Positions 12,037-24,782 of a stretch of 64,000 nt of DNA are shown one piece after another. Where the stretch lies: assembly GCA_043228905.1 (NCBI GenBank), contig JBHGNT010000001.1:20398001-20462000 (forward strand). Direction: 5' to 3'. Under the pieces are notes generated by a model that saw only the letters and a list, made by a program, of their open reading frames with translations, did no database searches and was not told where the DNA came from. Position 1 is the stretch's first letter. Each line of letters opens with the position of its first letter. A program made the position numbers and the translations under genes. This DNA comes from Azolla caroliniana. Taxonomy: Eukaryota > Plantae > Polypodiophyta.

Positions 12037-15000
12037 TGTTGTGAAGAATTCCGGCTATAGTGTGAAACCGGGATGGAATAGGGCGAGTCGGTGGTGTGCA
12101 GCGTGTGCACATGTATAGTAGGAAACGGTGTATAGAATATGGAGGAGTATTTATCGCACACTGTAACGCATCCCTCTCCTTGTCCTATAAAAGGAAGCGA
12201 GTGCCTCTTGTGAAGTGGTTGCCCATTTTGAGTTAGGAGGGTATACCACTTAGGTCGAAGGTGTGTTAGTTCTTCTTCTTCTTACTTTAGAGTTCTTTGA
12301 GGTCTTCTTTTTTGTGTCTGTTTAGGGTTTTAGCCCGGTGAAGATCTTGGATGTACTTCTGCTCAGCCTCTTATGCAAGACCCCGCACGGCGCGACGAGC
12401 CCGAGAGCTCCCCGACGGCGGCTTGGCAGCAGACTACTGTTGTGACCTAGCCTACTTCAGTCCGGCTCGGAGCTGGAGTTGTATCTTGCTCTTGTTTGTA
12501 CATACATACATATATGTATGTAGTGAAGTTCTGAGCATTTGTGTCTTCGTCAGTGTCTTTGGAGTTCCTTCTTTCTGTTTTATGTACATAGGATGTGTGT
12601 GCCTAGTCAGTGTTGCGTGCACGCCCTTTTCTCTCTCTCATACAGTTGCTCCCTGTACGTATCCGGAAACGCTCTGGTTGGTGTCTTGGCCGGTCGCGGG
12701 AAGAAGTGAGGCTCGACCTTCCATACTCCGTCTCGCTCTCATCCGAGACCCCCATGGTTCCGCCCCTTCTACACGCACACGCGTAACAACGCGAAATATT
12801 TGGTGAACCTGACATGAAGGGCGGCAAGGGAGAATGGAGTTAGAAGAAGACGACTTCGCGCAACTTTTTGTCGAAGCAGTGAGAGCGTTTAGACGAGCAA
12901 CAGCAAGACGAGAGTCCGCGCAACAAGCAGTTGAGCGAGTGGTCGAAAGAGTTGGCCGTTTCAACGGGGACAAGGTCCCATTCTACTTGGAAGCCTATAA
13001 CGCGGAAATGGAGGAGTGAGATGTAGACGAGGCGTTGAGGCTGGAGTTCTTCTGTCTGGTCATCATCGTCCCTATGCACGTGGAAGTGAAGGAGCTCCGA
13101 GAAGCTCATAGTTCGTGGGAGGCCTTTGAAGAGGCACTCCTGCAGGCATATGGAGGACAACAGAAGAGTCGGGGACGATGCGACTTCAACCAGTGGGTTG
13201 CATCGGCGAAGACCCACTAGGGCGCAATGAAGGCATTCTGAGATGGGGACAAGGTCCCATTCTACTTGGAAGCCTACAATGCGGAAATGGAGGAGCGAGA
13301 TGTAGACGAGGCGTTGAGGCTGGAGTTCTTCTGTCAGGTCATCATCGTCCCTATGCACGTGGAAGTGAAGGAGCTCATAGTTCGTGGGATGCCTTTGAAG
13401 AGGCGCTCCTGCAGGCATATGGAGGACAGCAGAAGAGTCGGGGACGATGCGACTTCAACCAGTGGGTTGCATCGGCGAAGACCAACTAGGGCACAATGAA
13501 GGCGTTCTAAGAGTTCAAGCGGCGGCTTGTTCGGCTCCCTGAGCGGGAACAAGGTTTGGTGGGGGCGGACAAAGTCCTGTTGTTTGTTAAGTTGATCGAC
13601 TGAGCGGAACGGGAGGCCATCGGGATTGAGCTCGAGGACGAGGACGGAGCGAATGGCCTTACGGAGGACTGGTTGAAGGTCGGAAGGGTATGCCAACGAC
13701 TAGATGACAAGCTGGTCGAGAAGGCTAGGAGGAAGGCGCGCGACGGTGCGCCATCACAGCGGGAAGAGCTCGAACGGCAAAGAGAGTAGGCAAGGCTCGG
13801 CTTCAGGGCCAGGATTTCAGAGGCGTACACAACTCTCGAGGCAATGATCGAGGAAGAGGAAAGATCGCGGCCGCAAGCTGACGCTGAGGAGACGAACTTG
13901 CCCCACGAGATGGCAGAAGATCAGTACGACGGTGCCACGGGAGAGGGCGTAGAACAAAACGCCCTCTTGACTTGCGGAGATAGAACGGCCGAGGACGAGG
14001 CCGAGATACTGATCACGGAATCAGAACATTGGGGGACCGGTGGTTTCGGGCTCGTCAGCCCGGAATTCCGGACATTGGAGAAGCAAGCCCAGGCGGGGCT
14101 TACGGGATCGGTAAGAAGACAACCACCGACCACGAGGAGCCGGTGGCTACGGACAAGGACGTAAAACGGACAAGCAATTCTTCGCATCTTCCCACACTTT
14201 CTGCCGAGACGATGGCAGTCGGGCCCAAGTGCCCACGTCAGTCTCAAGAGGAGGAAGGCGGCGGCGTGAGACTGAGAATCACCGACGAGATGACGGGGAA
14301 AGAGTGAACAAGAGCCCTCGGGACCGATTCGAGAGAACTTAGCATTCGGGCCCTTATGCCCATGTGAGACCGAGGAGATGGATGACAATATCGGGGAGAC
14401 TCAGTCCTGGCACAATGCCAACGAAGATGGATGGGAAATGGCCCGCGAGAAGGTTGAAGAAGAGACCAAGAAACGGCCCGACCGGGAACCGAACCGCGTG
14501 GCGCTCCGATTCGGATGGAGCGCGATCCGATCGTGGATTGTTCGACCGGGGTGCGGATACGGGAGAGGGTGTGAAACGAGCTGCCCTCTTTTACATGGGG
14601 AGAATGACCGACCGGGCGAAGGTCGGGAATCAAAAGGAAGGTGATCAAGGGTTCGGAACGCGTCCGGTAGGATCGGCATCGGAACCGAAAATCCGGACAT
14701 TAGAGAATCAAGCCCAGGCAGGGCTTGATTGATCACAGAGCGGATGCTTTCCACCGACACCACTAAAAGGGTCGGTGGCCCCGGGGGAATTGTCGCGAGC
14801 CGTTACGAAATTGGTGTCCCCACATCTTGACTAGAGACTTCGGCAGTTCGAGCCAACATGGCAACGTGAGACCGAAAGATATGGAAGATGGAGGCGGGAA
14901 CACAGCAAGGAGAGTGACGACGAATCCGGTGAAAGATCAAGGGATGAAGCAGAGAGCGAAGACCGGTCCTATGGATCACCTCACACCGAGCTAGAGACTT

Positions 15001-17066
15001 CGGCGGTCGGCACCAGGTCCGACGTAAGACCAAGATAATGACGGTGGCAGTAGGAGAACGGGACCCGGCCATCCAGAGAGTGGCGGAGCGGAATTCCGGA
15101 TAACCGATCCGGAAGTGGGGAGAGAGCAGGCCTACGAAGAGGCCGAGAACACGGTACGTCGGTACCACGGGAGAGTGTGTGGAGTGAGCCACCCTCCTAA
15201 AGTAAGGAACGGTGGCGGCGGCAAGGCGGGCAACCGAAGGTAGAAGGGGAGGTCCCGCGAAGATCCTCACACCGATCCGGCAGTCGGCCGGAGTGCCGGC
15301 GTGAGTCCTATAAGAAGGGACGGTGGTGGCAGGTGAACGTGATCGGACGACGGAAAGCAGAGTGAAAGGAGGTGTGAGGCCGGCGAGGCGGCCACGAACC
15401 GGATACGGACCCGACCGGCAGAGTCGGCAAGACAAAGATCGGATGCGCTTGGTACATGAGTTAGTGACCCAACAAGACGGAGGGCGAAGAAGGATCCTTC
15501 ACACTTGTCTGGAGACTTTGGTTGTTCGGCCGACGTGGCAACGTGATATCGAGGGTAATGGAAGGTGACGGCAAGGGGACGAAGGCAGCAATAGTAGAGG
15601 CACCGACCAGCCAAAGCGTTACGTGAACGAAGGAGGTCACGCGGGTCGGGACGCAGCAAGGATGATCTTCGGGTAGGCTGCCGGGAACACCCGGTTAAGG
15701 AGCAGTGTGCAGAGCCGGAAAGAGCACACCCGAAAGCGGAACGAAAGACGTGCGTGTGGCCATCAAGGGCCAAAGTGAAGCACGAGTACGGGACGATGTT
15801 TGGCACAGGCGGTGCCGAACAAGGGAGGCGGAACACTGGCGCACGGAGGTGCCAGAGCGGGAACACCGGCGCGGAGATAGGTTGCCGGTTCAGGTCATCT
15901 CGCATATAAGACCAAGACGAAGGCGATGGAGGTCAGCGCGGGACGAGAACCGGGACGATGCGAAGGTCGACGGAGGCCAAGTGGGCCATCACGGGTGCTC
16001 CTCAGACGGAGGAGGCCGCGTAACCGAAGGAACGAGGGGCGTGCATGCGGTCAAGAGAAGGCCCAACGGGGAAGCACGCGCACTGCGGGATCGCCGTAGG
16101 GACCTATCGACGGGTCGAGTGAGCGTACGAAGAGGCAAGCGCAAGGAGGAAGCGGAGCCGGCAGTTCATATCAACGAGACCAACATGACAGCCGGAATGC
16201 GGAATACGAAAGACCGGTTTCTCACTGGCCGGAATCTCTCCCCTTTTCTAAACTTGGCACGTACCGGTGGCCGTGCGGTTTGGTGGGGCCGGATGTCGTG
16301 AAGAATTCTGGCTATAGTGTGAAACCGGGGTGGAATACGGCGAGTCGCTGGTGTGCAACGTGTGCACATGTATAGTAGGAAACGATGTATAGAATATGGG
16401 GGAGTCTTTATTGCACACTGTAACGCATCCCTCTCCTTGTTCTATGAAAAGAAGCGAGCGCCTCTTGTGAAGGGGTTGCCCATTTTGAGTTAGGAGGGTA
16501 TACCACTTAGGTCGAAGGTGTGTTAGTTCTTCTTCTTCTTACTTTAGAGTTCTTTGAGGTCTTCTTCTTCGTGTCTATTTAGGGTTTTAGCCCGGTGAAG
16601 AGCTTGGATGTTCTGTGGGGGCTTACTTCTGCTCAGCCTCCTGTGCAAGACCCCGCTCAGCGCGACGAGCCCGAGAGCTCCCCGACGGTGGCTTGGCGGC
16701 AGACTACTATTGTGACCTAGCCTACCTCAATCTGGCTCGGAGCCGGAGTTGTATCTTGCTCTTGTTTGTACATACATACATATATATAGTGAAGTTCTGA
16801 GCATTTGTGTCTTCGTCGGTGTCTTTGGAGTTCCTTCTTTCTGGTTTATGTACATAGGATGCGTGTGCCTAGTCAGTGTTGCGTGCGCGCCCTTTTCTCT
16901 CTCTCATACGGTTGTTCCCTATACGTATCCGGAAACGCTCTGGTTGGTGTCTTGGCTAGTCGCGGGAAGAAGTGAGGCTCGATCTTCCATACTCCGTCTC
17001 TCTCTCGTCCGAGACCCCCGTGGTTCCGCCCCTTCTACACGCACGCGCGCGCGTAACAATGCGACA
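12037..17066 (+). mobile_element. Element E: non-autonomous (gag-only) Trp-primed LTR element inserted in the H protease
   Basis: LTRs 12037-12796 and 16294-17066, PBS TGGTGAACCTGACATGAA at 12801. TSD ACAT/ACGT restores VLHVPTITRNL. Confidence 0.9.
12834..14310 (+). pseudogene. E gag remnant with a ~277-bp tandem duplication, followed by an acidic extension
   Basis: GRFNGDKVPFYLEAYNAEM is similar to G gag GRFSGKDATKYLASYGAEM. 12967-13240 is repeated at 13245-13505. Confidence 0.75.
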
Positions 17067-20000
17067 ACGTCCCAACAATAACAAGGAACCTTGTGTCGGT
17101 TGGACAGATCATCGACCAAGGTAAGCATGTTCGATTCACGTACCTCGGCTGCTTCATAGAAGAGGAAGACAAAGTGATCGCGCAAGGGCGCCGTGAAGGG
17201 AGGATGTTTATCCTCGAAACAAATAATGTGGGTACCGTTATGTTCGCGAAAGGACAAAAGGTCAAATCGGATATCGACCTGTGGCACAAGTGGTTCAACC
17301 ACGTAAATTTCCCACGGCTTTGTGAAATGCAGACGAACAACATTGTTTTTGGGTTGCCGAAATTTCGTGGCCGGAATGGCCAAATCCGCGAAGTCTGTTA
17401 AATGGGAAAACAACATCGAGTTCCATTCCCCAATGAGCGTAATCGTAGTCGAAGTCCGGCCGATTTGATCCATTGGGATGTGTGGGATCCGGCACAAAAC
17501 GCGAGTCTCGGTGGAAGTCGTTACTTTGTAACCTTCATCGATGAATTCACTCGGTACACATGGGCATGCATGATTGAGAAAAAGAGCGAAGTCTTCCCAT
17601 GTTTCCTGAAGGTGAAGAGCCTTGCTGAAAGGGAAACGGGGTGTAAGATCAAATGCCTACGGTCCGATGGTGGGAAGGAGTACTTCTCCAACCAGTTCAC
17701 ATGCTATCTACAGAAGGAGGGAATTCGACGCGAATTCTCATGTAGATACACGCCGCAACAGAACGGCGTGGCCAAGCGGATTAATTGGACAATTGAAGAA
17801 GCGGCCTAGGCAATGCTTGAAGAGAAGCATATGCCAAAATTCTATTGGGCTGAAGCCGTAAAGACGGCCGTCTACCTACAGAATCGGACTTCTGCTGATG
17901 GAGTGTCACCACATGAGCTGTACTTCGGGAAGAAGCTGAACTTGACACACTTGAGGATTTTCAGCAGCATCACGTATGTGCACATGCCGAAGGAGAAACG
18001 GAGGAAGCTGGACGCGAAAGCCGAGAAGTGTATCTGGGTCGGCTATTTGGACGAGCAAAAGGGTTATAAGTGCTATAACCCACGCACCAAACAAGAGCGT
18101 GTGAGCAGCGACATTGTGTTTGACGAGTCCGCGTCCTGCTACTTGCCTCCGACTCCGGACCTCACCTCCAATCCAATTTCTGAAGAAGAGATCAACGAGG
18201 CTGAAATGCATCCGCATGATGAGGATGTCGGAGCTCTGAGAGAGAGTCCGATCTCATTTCGGCTAAGAGGGCCGAATGAGGAGATGATGATGATACGGCG
18301 AGTAGTGCAGACTCGGCCGTGCAATCCCCGCGCAGGCAGCCGAGTAGTGCAGATGATGATGATACGGCGAGTAGTGCAGACTCGGCCGTGCATTCCCCGC
18401 GCAGGCAGCCGAGGAGATGACTTACGCGCAAGGAAAAAGGCAAGAAGAAAATGCCGGAATACGACTTCGGCAGCGCCAAGTCAGATCGGAGTGAGTCTGA
18501 CTACAGGCAAACTGAAAAGGAACCTCCATGGAAGAGTTCTACGGTAGCTGAAAAGTTCATGAAATCGGGTAATCATGAATTACGCTGATCTACCCACCTG
18601 AAGAACCCCCTAAAGAGATACGGGTATAATGAGTACATGGCGCGAGTGGTGGAAGTGCGTGAGCCGGAGAACTAAGCAGAAGCGGGGAAGGATGCAAATT
18701 GGCGTGCCGCAATGGAGGAAGAGATGTGCGCCTTAACGCAGAACAAGACACAGAACCTGGTTGATGCAACGAAGGGTGTGAAGCCGATCGGCTGCTAGTG
18801 GGTGTATAAAGTGAAACACAAAATGGATGGCTTCATCAACCGCTACAAGGCCCATTTAGTAGCAAAAGGTTACGCGCAGAAGCACGGCATGGACTATGAC
18901 GAGACCTTCGCGCCTGTTGCGAAGATGACGACCGTCCGTGTTTTGCTCGCGGTAGCAGCGGCAAAGGGGTGCCATTTACATTAGATGGATGTAAAGAACA
19001 CGTTCCTGCAAGGTGATCTTGAGGAGCAAGTGTACTTGGTACAGCCCCCCGGATTTCTATCCGAACAAAACACCTCGGCAATTTGCCGATTGAAGAAATC
19101 CTTGTATGGACTAAAGCAAGCCCCGCGAGCCTGGAATGCAAAGATTACGCAACAGGTGCGTAGGATGACGTTTGCGTCGTCGAAATCAGACTCTTCTTTA
19201 TTTGTTTGGTGAGGACAATATGGATCGGTCAGCCTTGTACGTTGATGATTTAGTCATCGCCGGTGCCGACCTTGACGAAATCCGTCAGCTTGTGGCATCG
19301 TTTGAAATGAAGGATCTCGGAAACCTTCATTACTTCCTCGGGATCGAAGTGATCCGTACCCCCGAAGGCATATTGATCAGCCAACGACATTAAGTGCTGA
19401 ATATGCTCTTCAAGTTCAAGATGGAAAACTGTAAGCCCATCTCGACCCCTCTGGATAGAAACGTGAAGCTTCGCCCAGATTCGGGCAAGGCGTGCGACCG
19501 AACACGGTTCCGACAGATTGTCGGGAGCCTTATCTATTTGATGATTACTCGGCCGGATCTTAGCTACCCGGTCAGCTAAATCAGTCAATTCATGTCCCAA
19601 CCTATGGATGAACACTTTCTGTGCATGCAAAGGATATTGTGTTATGTCTGCAGCACGAAAGACATGCCATTGTTTTATCAGGCAGGCATAGCCGAACAGT
19701 TAGTCGGCTACATGGATGCCGATTAGGCCGGAAACACCCACGATCGTCGATCCACATCCAGATATGCATTCTCGTTAGGAAGTGTGGCGATCACGTGGAG
19801 CAACAAAAAGCAACCAACAGTAGCACTGTCAAGCACGGAGGCTGAATATCGAGGGGCGATTGCGACTACATGTGAAGTCATTTGGCTAAAACGGCTATTG
19901 TGGGATCTGCATGTAGAGGTGTCTGATCCGACGACGATCTATTGTGACAACCTCAACAGTATCCATCTTGTGAAGAACCCCATTTTTCACGCCCGGACCA

Positions 20001-20700
20001 AGCACATTGAGGTGCATTACCATTTTGTCAGCGAGCGGGTCCTTTCAAGTGAAGTCAAACTAGTGCATGTTTTGACTGATCGACAGATTGCCGACATCTT
20101 CACAAAGCCTCTTGGTTTCGACAAGTTGCGGCATCACCTCGACACGCAGAACTTGAGGGGGAGAGAGGAAGATCAAGGACCATAGGAAGGTCAGGAACCA
20201 GAGCGTGAAAGGAGCGGAGGTAAGCATCACGGCGGAAGTGTCCGAGATGCAGAGTCGGATGGAGAATTTGACTTTGAACCGGTTGAAGAAGCCGAAGAAG
20301 GAAGCAAGGGCCACAAGCATAAGGAGTCGAGGACAGCCGGAACAGGGGGAGATAAGGCCAAGACTAAGACGTGGTCGGATATTGTCAAGGGCCTGAAGAC
20401 CGAAGACGAGTTGGAGACAGCCAACTCGGACAAGAGCGTAAACCGATCGGAGGAAGCCGAGTCAGTTCGGATGTTTGATTCGGATATGCTGAATCAACCA
20501 AGGGCCAAGTGGAAGAGAAGGCAGCAGAAGAGGCGCCAACACCACAACAAAAAGGAAGCTGAGAAGGGCCGTGTGAGCAGACAAGCTGACCGAAAGGGTC
20601 GAGGCGCGGGGAACCGAACGATTTGAGGAGTTCGAGCGAGGTGTGGAGCCAGGAGAAGCCGGACCATAGATTCGGCGTAGCAGGCGAAACCTCAAGTTGA
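17067..20700 (+). pseudogene. H integrase, RT and RNase H with C-terminal extension
   Basis: [63 protein letters not shown]. Confidence 0.92.
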
Positions 20701-20929
20701 GCTTGAGGGGGAGTGTTGAGTGACAAGCTCAACATTGAGTGCGTAATACGGTGCGCAGACAAGCCGACCGAAAGGGTCGAGGCGCGGCGAACCGAACGGT
20801 TGGAGGAGTTCGAGCGAGGCGTGGATCCAGGAGAAGTCAGACCGTAGATCCAGCGGAGTAGGCGGAACCTCAAGTTGAGTTTGAGGGGGAGTGTTGAGTG
20901 ACAAGCTCAACATTGAGTGCGTAATACGG

Positions 20930-21946
20930 TGTCGTGAAGATCCGTCACTACGCGCGGATCGTGAGGCGAAACTGCCGGGGTTCTGGACCAGAAGGATTTA
21001 GAGTCGATACAAGCTTTGGCGAGAAAGTACTTAAGATAGATTGGGAAAGAGAGAAGTTGAGATTACACGATCAATTTGATAACGAATTTCTTCCTCTTAA
21101 TTTTCATAAAAAAAACCGTGTTTTTTCTCCTCCCCCTTCCCTCTTTTATAGATGCTCTCATGCATATGATGCATGTGAGGGTACAAGACATGCATAAATT
21201 GCATGTTTGCCATTTGGCGCTTATGTATTACATGTGGTGCATGATAACCATGTCACTCATTTTAGTTCTCATGTATGAGAATTTACATGTTAAAGTATAA
21301 TGATAGAAATATAATTTCAACTAAATAGCATGGCTTAATGGTAAGCCAATTGACTCCTAACTTGGAGGTGCAAGGTTCGAATCCTTACCTGCCCTCCTTG
21401 TATATGTAAATATATTTATATATTTATTTATCTAGTCGCCGGTTCGCCGGATACCGTCAGTTACCGTTGCCGTCGCCGGATACCGTTGCCTCCGCCAGAT
21501 GCCGTCGGTTACCGGTGCCGCCGCCGGATTGCCGTCGGATCACCGGCTCCATCGCCGGTCCGGTTTTGGTTGGCCAAAACCCTTTACGAGTAGCTAGCCA
21601 CCTCCACTCTTAGTTCAAGTTACCTTGAACTCTCTATGCTCCACACATAGACACAAAGATAATATCTTTTGCTCCACCTTATATATGATGAGAGCTGTAT
21701 TTGTCGTGCCTATATGGGATATCTCACAATTTTCTCCTTTCCTTTTACAAACTTTATACCCTCATATCTTGACATTTAGTTGTCCGTTTCTCGTGTAATA
21801 AAGTGCATTCGAAACCTCCATCATTTTGTACTTAGATATTAAATCTATTTAAAATGTTATCTTCACAATTATTGTACTACGTGATTCATACTCGATTTCG
21901 TACGTTTTATGGGATTTTCACACTATTGCCGAAAATCTTCACGACA
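20930..21946 (-). mobile_element. Solo LTR I (probably Trp-lineage gypsy)
   Basis: 12-bp perfect terminal inverted repeat TGTCGTGAAGAT/ATCTTCACGACA and 4-bp TSD ACGG. TATAAAAGAGGG on minus at ~21150 gives the orientation. Confidence 0.85.
21326..21395 (+). promoter_or_regulatory. tRNA-like cassette in solo LTR I (D-arm/A-box and T-arm/B-box)
   Basis: GGCTT-AATGGT-AAGCC hairpin (21332-21347) and AAGG-TTCGAAT-CCTT (21372-21386). No intact acceptor stem. Confidence 0.7.
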
Positions 21947-22798
21947 ACGGTGCGCAGACAAGCCGACTGAAAGGGTCGAGGCGCGGGGAACCGAACGGTT
22001 CGAGGAGTTCGAGCGAGGCGTGGAGCCAGGAGAAGCCGGACCGTAGATCCAGCGGAGCAGGCGGAACCTCAAGTTGAGCTTGAGGGGGAGTGTTGAGTGA
22101 CAAGCTCAACATTGAGTGTGTAATACGGTGTGTAACCCAGTGCGTAGACTGGGTGCGTAAAATAGTACGCATAACGTGACCGTATCGGTGCATAAACCGG
22201 AAGGCCGTTAGTATGGTATTCCTCGTAAGGAATAATTTTAGGAGTTGGTGTAGCAGGCTCATTTATGAGCATTGAAGTACTGTCAGTACCTGTGTCAGCC
22301 CGATAGTTAGGGCTTGTATATAAGGTGCTCACTGAGCACGAAGTATGTACAAAACAGAGCATTATTTTTTAATCTGAGTTTCTGTTATCCACTCACTATG
22401 TCTCTCCCCCTCCATATCCATTTGTGCATTTTCTGCGTTTTACTGAACTGTCTTATTCTCCCGAACTGTGCACTTTGTGTCTTACGCACACACTTCCACA
22501 CAACGTATTCTTTTATAAGGCTTGTGTAAGGGAGGGCTCAATATGTGATATCACCAACACCACTATCATCAATATATTTATATTCGTCTTTATCTTCTTC
22601 ATATTTTTCTACTTCTCAAGTGTATAATCTTTCTTCTTCTTAAGTGAACAAATTTCATCCAATCTTACATTGATCGTCATCTCTTCGATAATTCCACGAA
22701 CGTCCTCCCCAGTCCAAGACCCCGGTGGTCGCTCGAGTAGCACATGCACGCGCGAATCTTTGCGACATCATTTGGTGAACCCGACGTGAAGAGCAGCA

Positions 22799-24782
22799 AT
22801 GGAGGATGAAGATGGTTGGCGAATATCTCATGGAGGCAATGTAAAAAAGGATGATGGAGTTTCTGAGAGAAGGGAAAAGACGAAATGAAGCCCAATAAGC
22901 CGTCGAGAGGGTAGTTGAGCGAGCGAACTATTTCAATGGCGCCGAAGTCCAAAGTTTTCTAAAAGTCTACAATACGGAGATGGATTCAAGAGATGTGGAC
23001 GAAGCTATGAGGTTGGAGTACTTTTGTCGAGTGGTGGCCGAACCAATCTACAAAGATATGAAAGAGCTTCAAAAAGCTCACGATTTGTGGGTGTCCTTCG
23101 AAGAAGCTTTACGAGAGGCATATGATCATGAAGAGTCGAAGGGACGAGGTCTATACAAGTTTGACCAATGGGTGTCATCGAGGAAGACCAATCAGAGTGT
23201 TATGCATGCATTCATTGAGTTTGAGTGTCGGTTCGCTCAACTCTCGGAGCGGGAACAAGGATTGGTGGGGGAGAATAAAGTCTTAATGTTCGTCAAGTCG
23301 ATGGATCAGAAGAAAAGGAAGGCCATTGGAGTCCAACTCTAGGACGAGGATGGTGTGAATGGCCTCACTGAAAATTGGGCCGAAGTGAAAAGGGTATGCC
23401 AACGACATGACAAGAGGAGGATAGGATTCTCGTCGACGACAACTCGAGCCATGAGGAATGTTCAAAGGAGAACAGGATGTGGCAATACACCACCACCGAA
23501 GGAAGAAAGCTCAAAGAGGGAAGATTTGATACTCAACATAGAAGCCTTAATCAGGGGAGCATTCGAGAACTTAAAGGTGCAAGGTAATGCTGAAGAGAAG
23601 CTTCAAAAGGAGCAAAAACTGAAGCAGATGGTGATCGAGGAAGAAGAGACCTCCTGACAAATGCGGGTTAATGAAGTGGCCAAGATGAAGGACCAAGTTC
23701 GATACCATGATGGTACCACAAGAGAAGGTGTGGAACAAGAAACCTTCTCGTCTTGCAAAGAAACAATGACGAACAATGAAACCAATGGATCGAGCACGGA
23801 GAACGCCACTTCAAGCGAGGACAATTGTTTCAGAACACGCATCATGTTTGAAACGTCGAGTGATGAAGATGCAAGCATGAGAAAAGCTTGCATGATCAAG
23901 GGAGATAAAGAGTGCGAGGCCCACATGATTAAGAAGGTATCCATGAAAAACGACATCAAGGAGGTGGCTATGCACAACATGGCAAAGGTGATCGACCAAA
24001 GGCGTATGGAATCCTCCACACTTGTTCTAGAGACTTGGGCAGTTGCATCCGAGAATCAACATGAGACCCAAGAGACGGAAGGTGGTGGCGAGCAAGTGAA
24101 GGTCAGAGCTGATGCACATGATGGGAACTTACCCACAGACAATGACATCCGCCCGAAGATGGCAAGAACAAGCAAGGACCATGGAGAGGATTCCTCCACA
24201 CTTCTTCCAGAGACTTCGGCAGTTGTGTCCGAGAGCCAACATGAGACCGAAGAGATGGAAGGTGGCTGCAAGGAAGCGAAGAATGAAGTCGGTATGTGCG
24301 ATGAAGAGTCCAAACAAAGCACAATCACGAAAGCTAATGTGCACAACAAAGAGGCCAAAGAAAGTGTGACAATGTACAATGATGACCAAGCAAGCCAAGA
24401 GGACTTGAAAGGTGTACCTCAGAAAGTGATCATGTCTTCTAACATGAGGGAGGACACTAGCATGGAGATCAAAGGTATGATGGTCAACTCAAACGCGAGA
24501 GTTTACCACAACAAATGGATGAAAGAGAGGCATGCAATATGGTCTCTTAGAGACCCCGAGATGAGCATGCACTTGAAGGAACTACGTTGGGTAGTCAGCA
24601 TCGACATTCAAATGAGGTCTTGTGAAGGCAAGCAGGGGACGAGAAAGAATGAAGTATCAAAGTTTCTTGACCAAGGAGATAGACGGGATGAAGGTGGCAC
24701 ATACACAAATTTTGAAAGGTTATGCTCAGGAGGGGCGAAGGGGGCCATGACAACCGGTCATAACATTGGGAAGTGTGAGTGA
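22799..24782 (+). pseudogene. F gag remnant plus long acidic, repetitive extension
   Basis: ORFs 22980..23342 (gag-like, close to E), 23355..23657 and 23661..24782, the last with a repeated SSTLxxETxAVxSExQHETxExEGG unit. Confidence 0.7.

Larger units (their letters stand above)
20576..22130 (+). repeat. Three tandem 178-bp units of internal end + PPT + first ~40 bp of the H LTR
   Basis: TGAGGGGGAG-TGTTGAGTGACAAGC occurs with LTR starts at 20714, 20892 and 22091. The second unit is interrupted by solo LTR I. Confidence 0.88.
10326..22517 (+). mobile_element. Element H: full-length degenerate Ty1/copia element inserted in the F 5' LTR
   Basis: LTRs 10326-10757 and 22091-22517, PBS TGGTATCAGAGC (tRNA-iMet) 10758-10769, PPT TGAGGGGGAG, 5-bp TSD AGGCT. 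Confidence 0.93.

Noticed and set aside
18285-18415. ~66-bp tandem duplication in the H integrase-RT linker
   Set aside because: An ordinary local duplication in a dead copy.
21326-21395. Functional tRNA gene
   Set aside because: D and T arms are present, but there is no pairing acceptor stem or clean anticodon arm. Kept only as a tRNA-like cassette.
20576-22130. CRISPR-like repeat array
   Set aside because: The units are full tandem duplicates without unique spacers, and the context is eukaryotic transposon DNA with no cas genes.
23661-24782. Captured host gene (373-aa ORF)
   Set aside because: Low-complexity, follows the gag remnant in frame, and is homologous to the E internal region. 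No host domain is recognisable.
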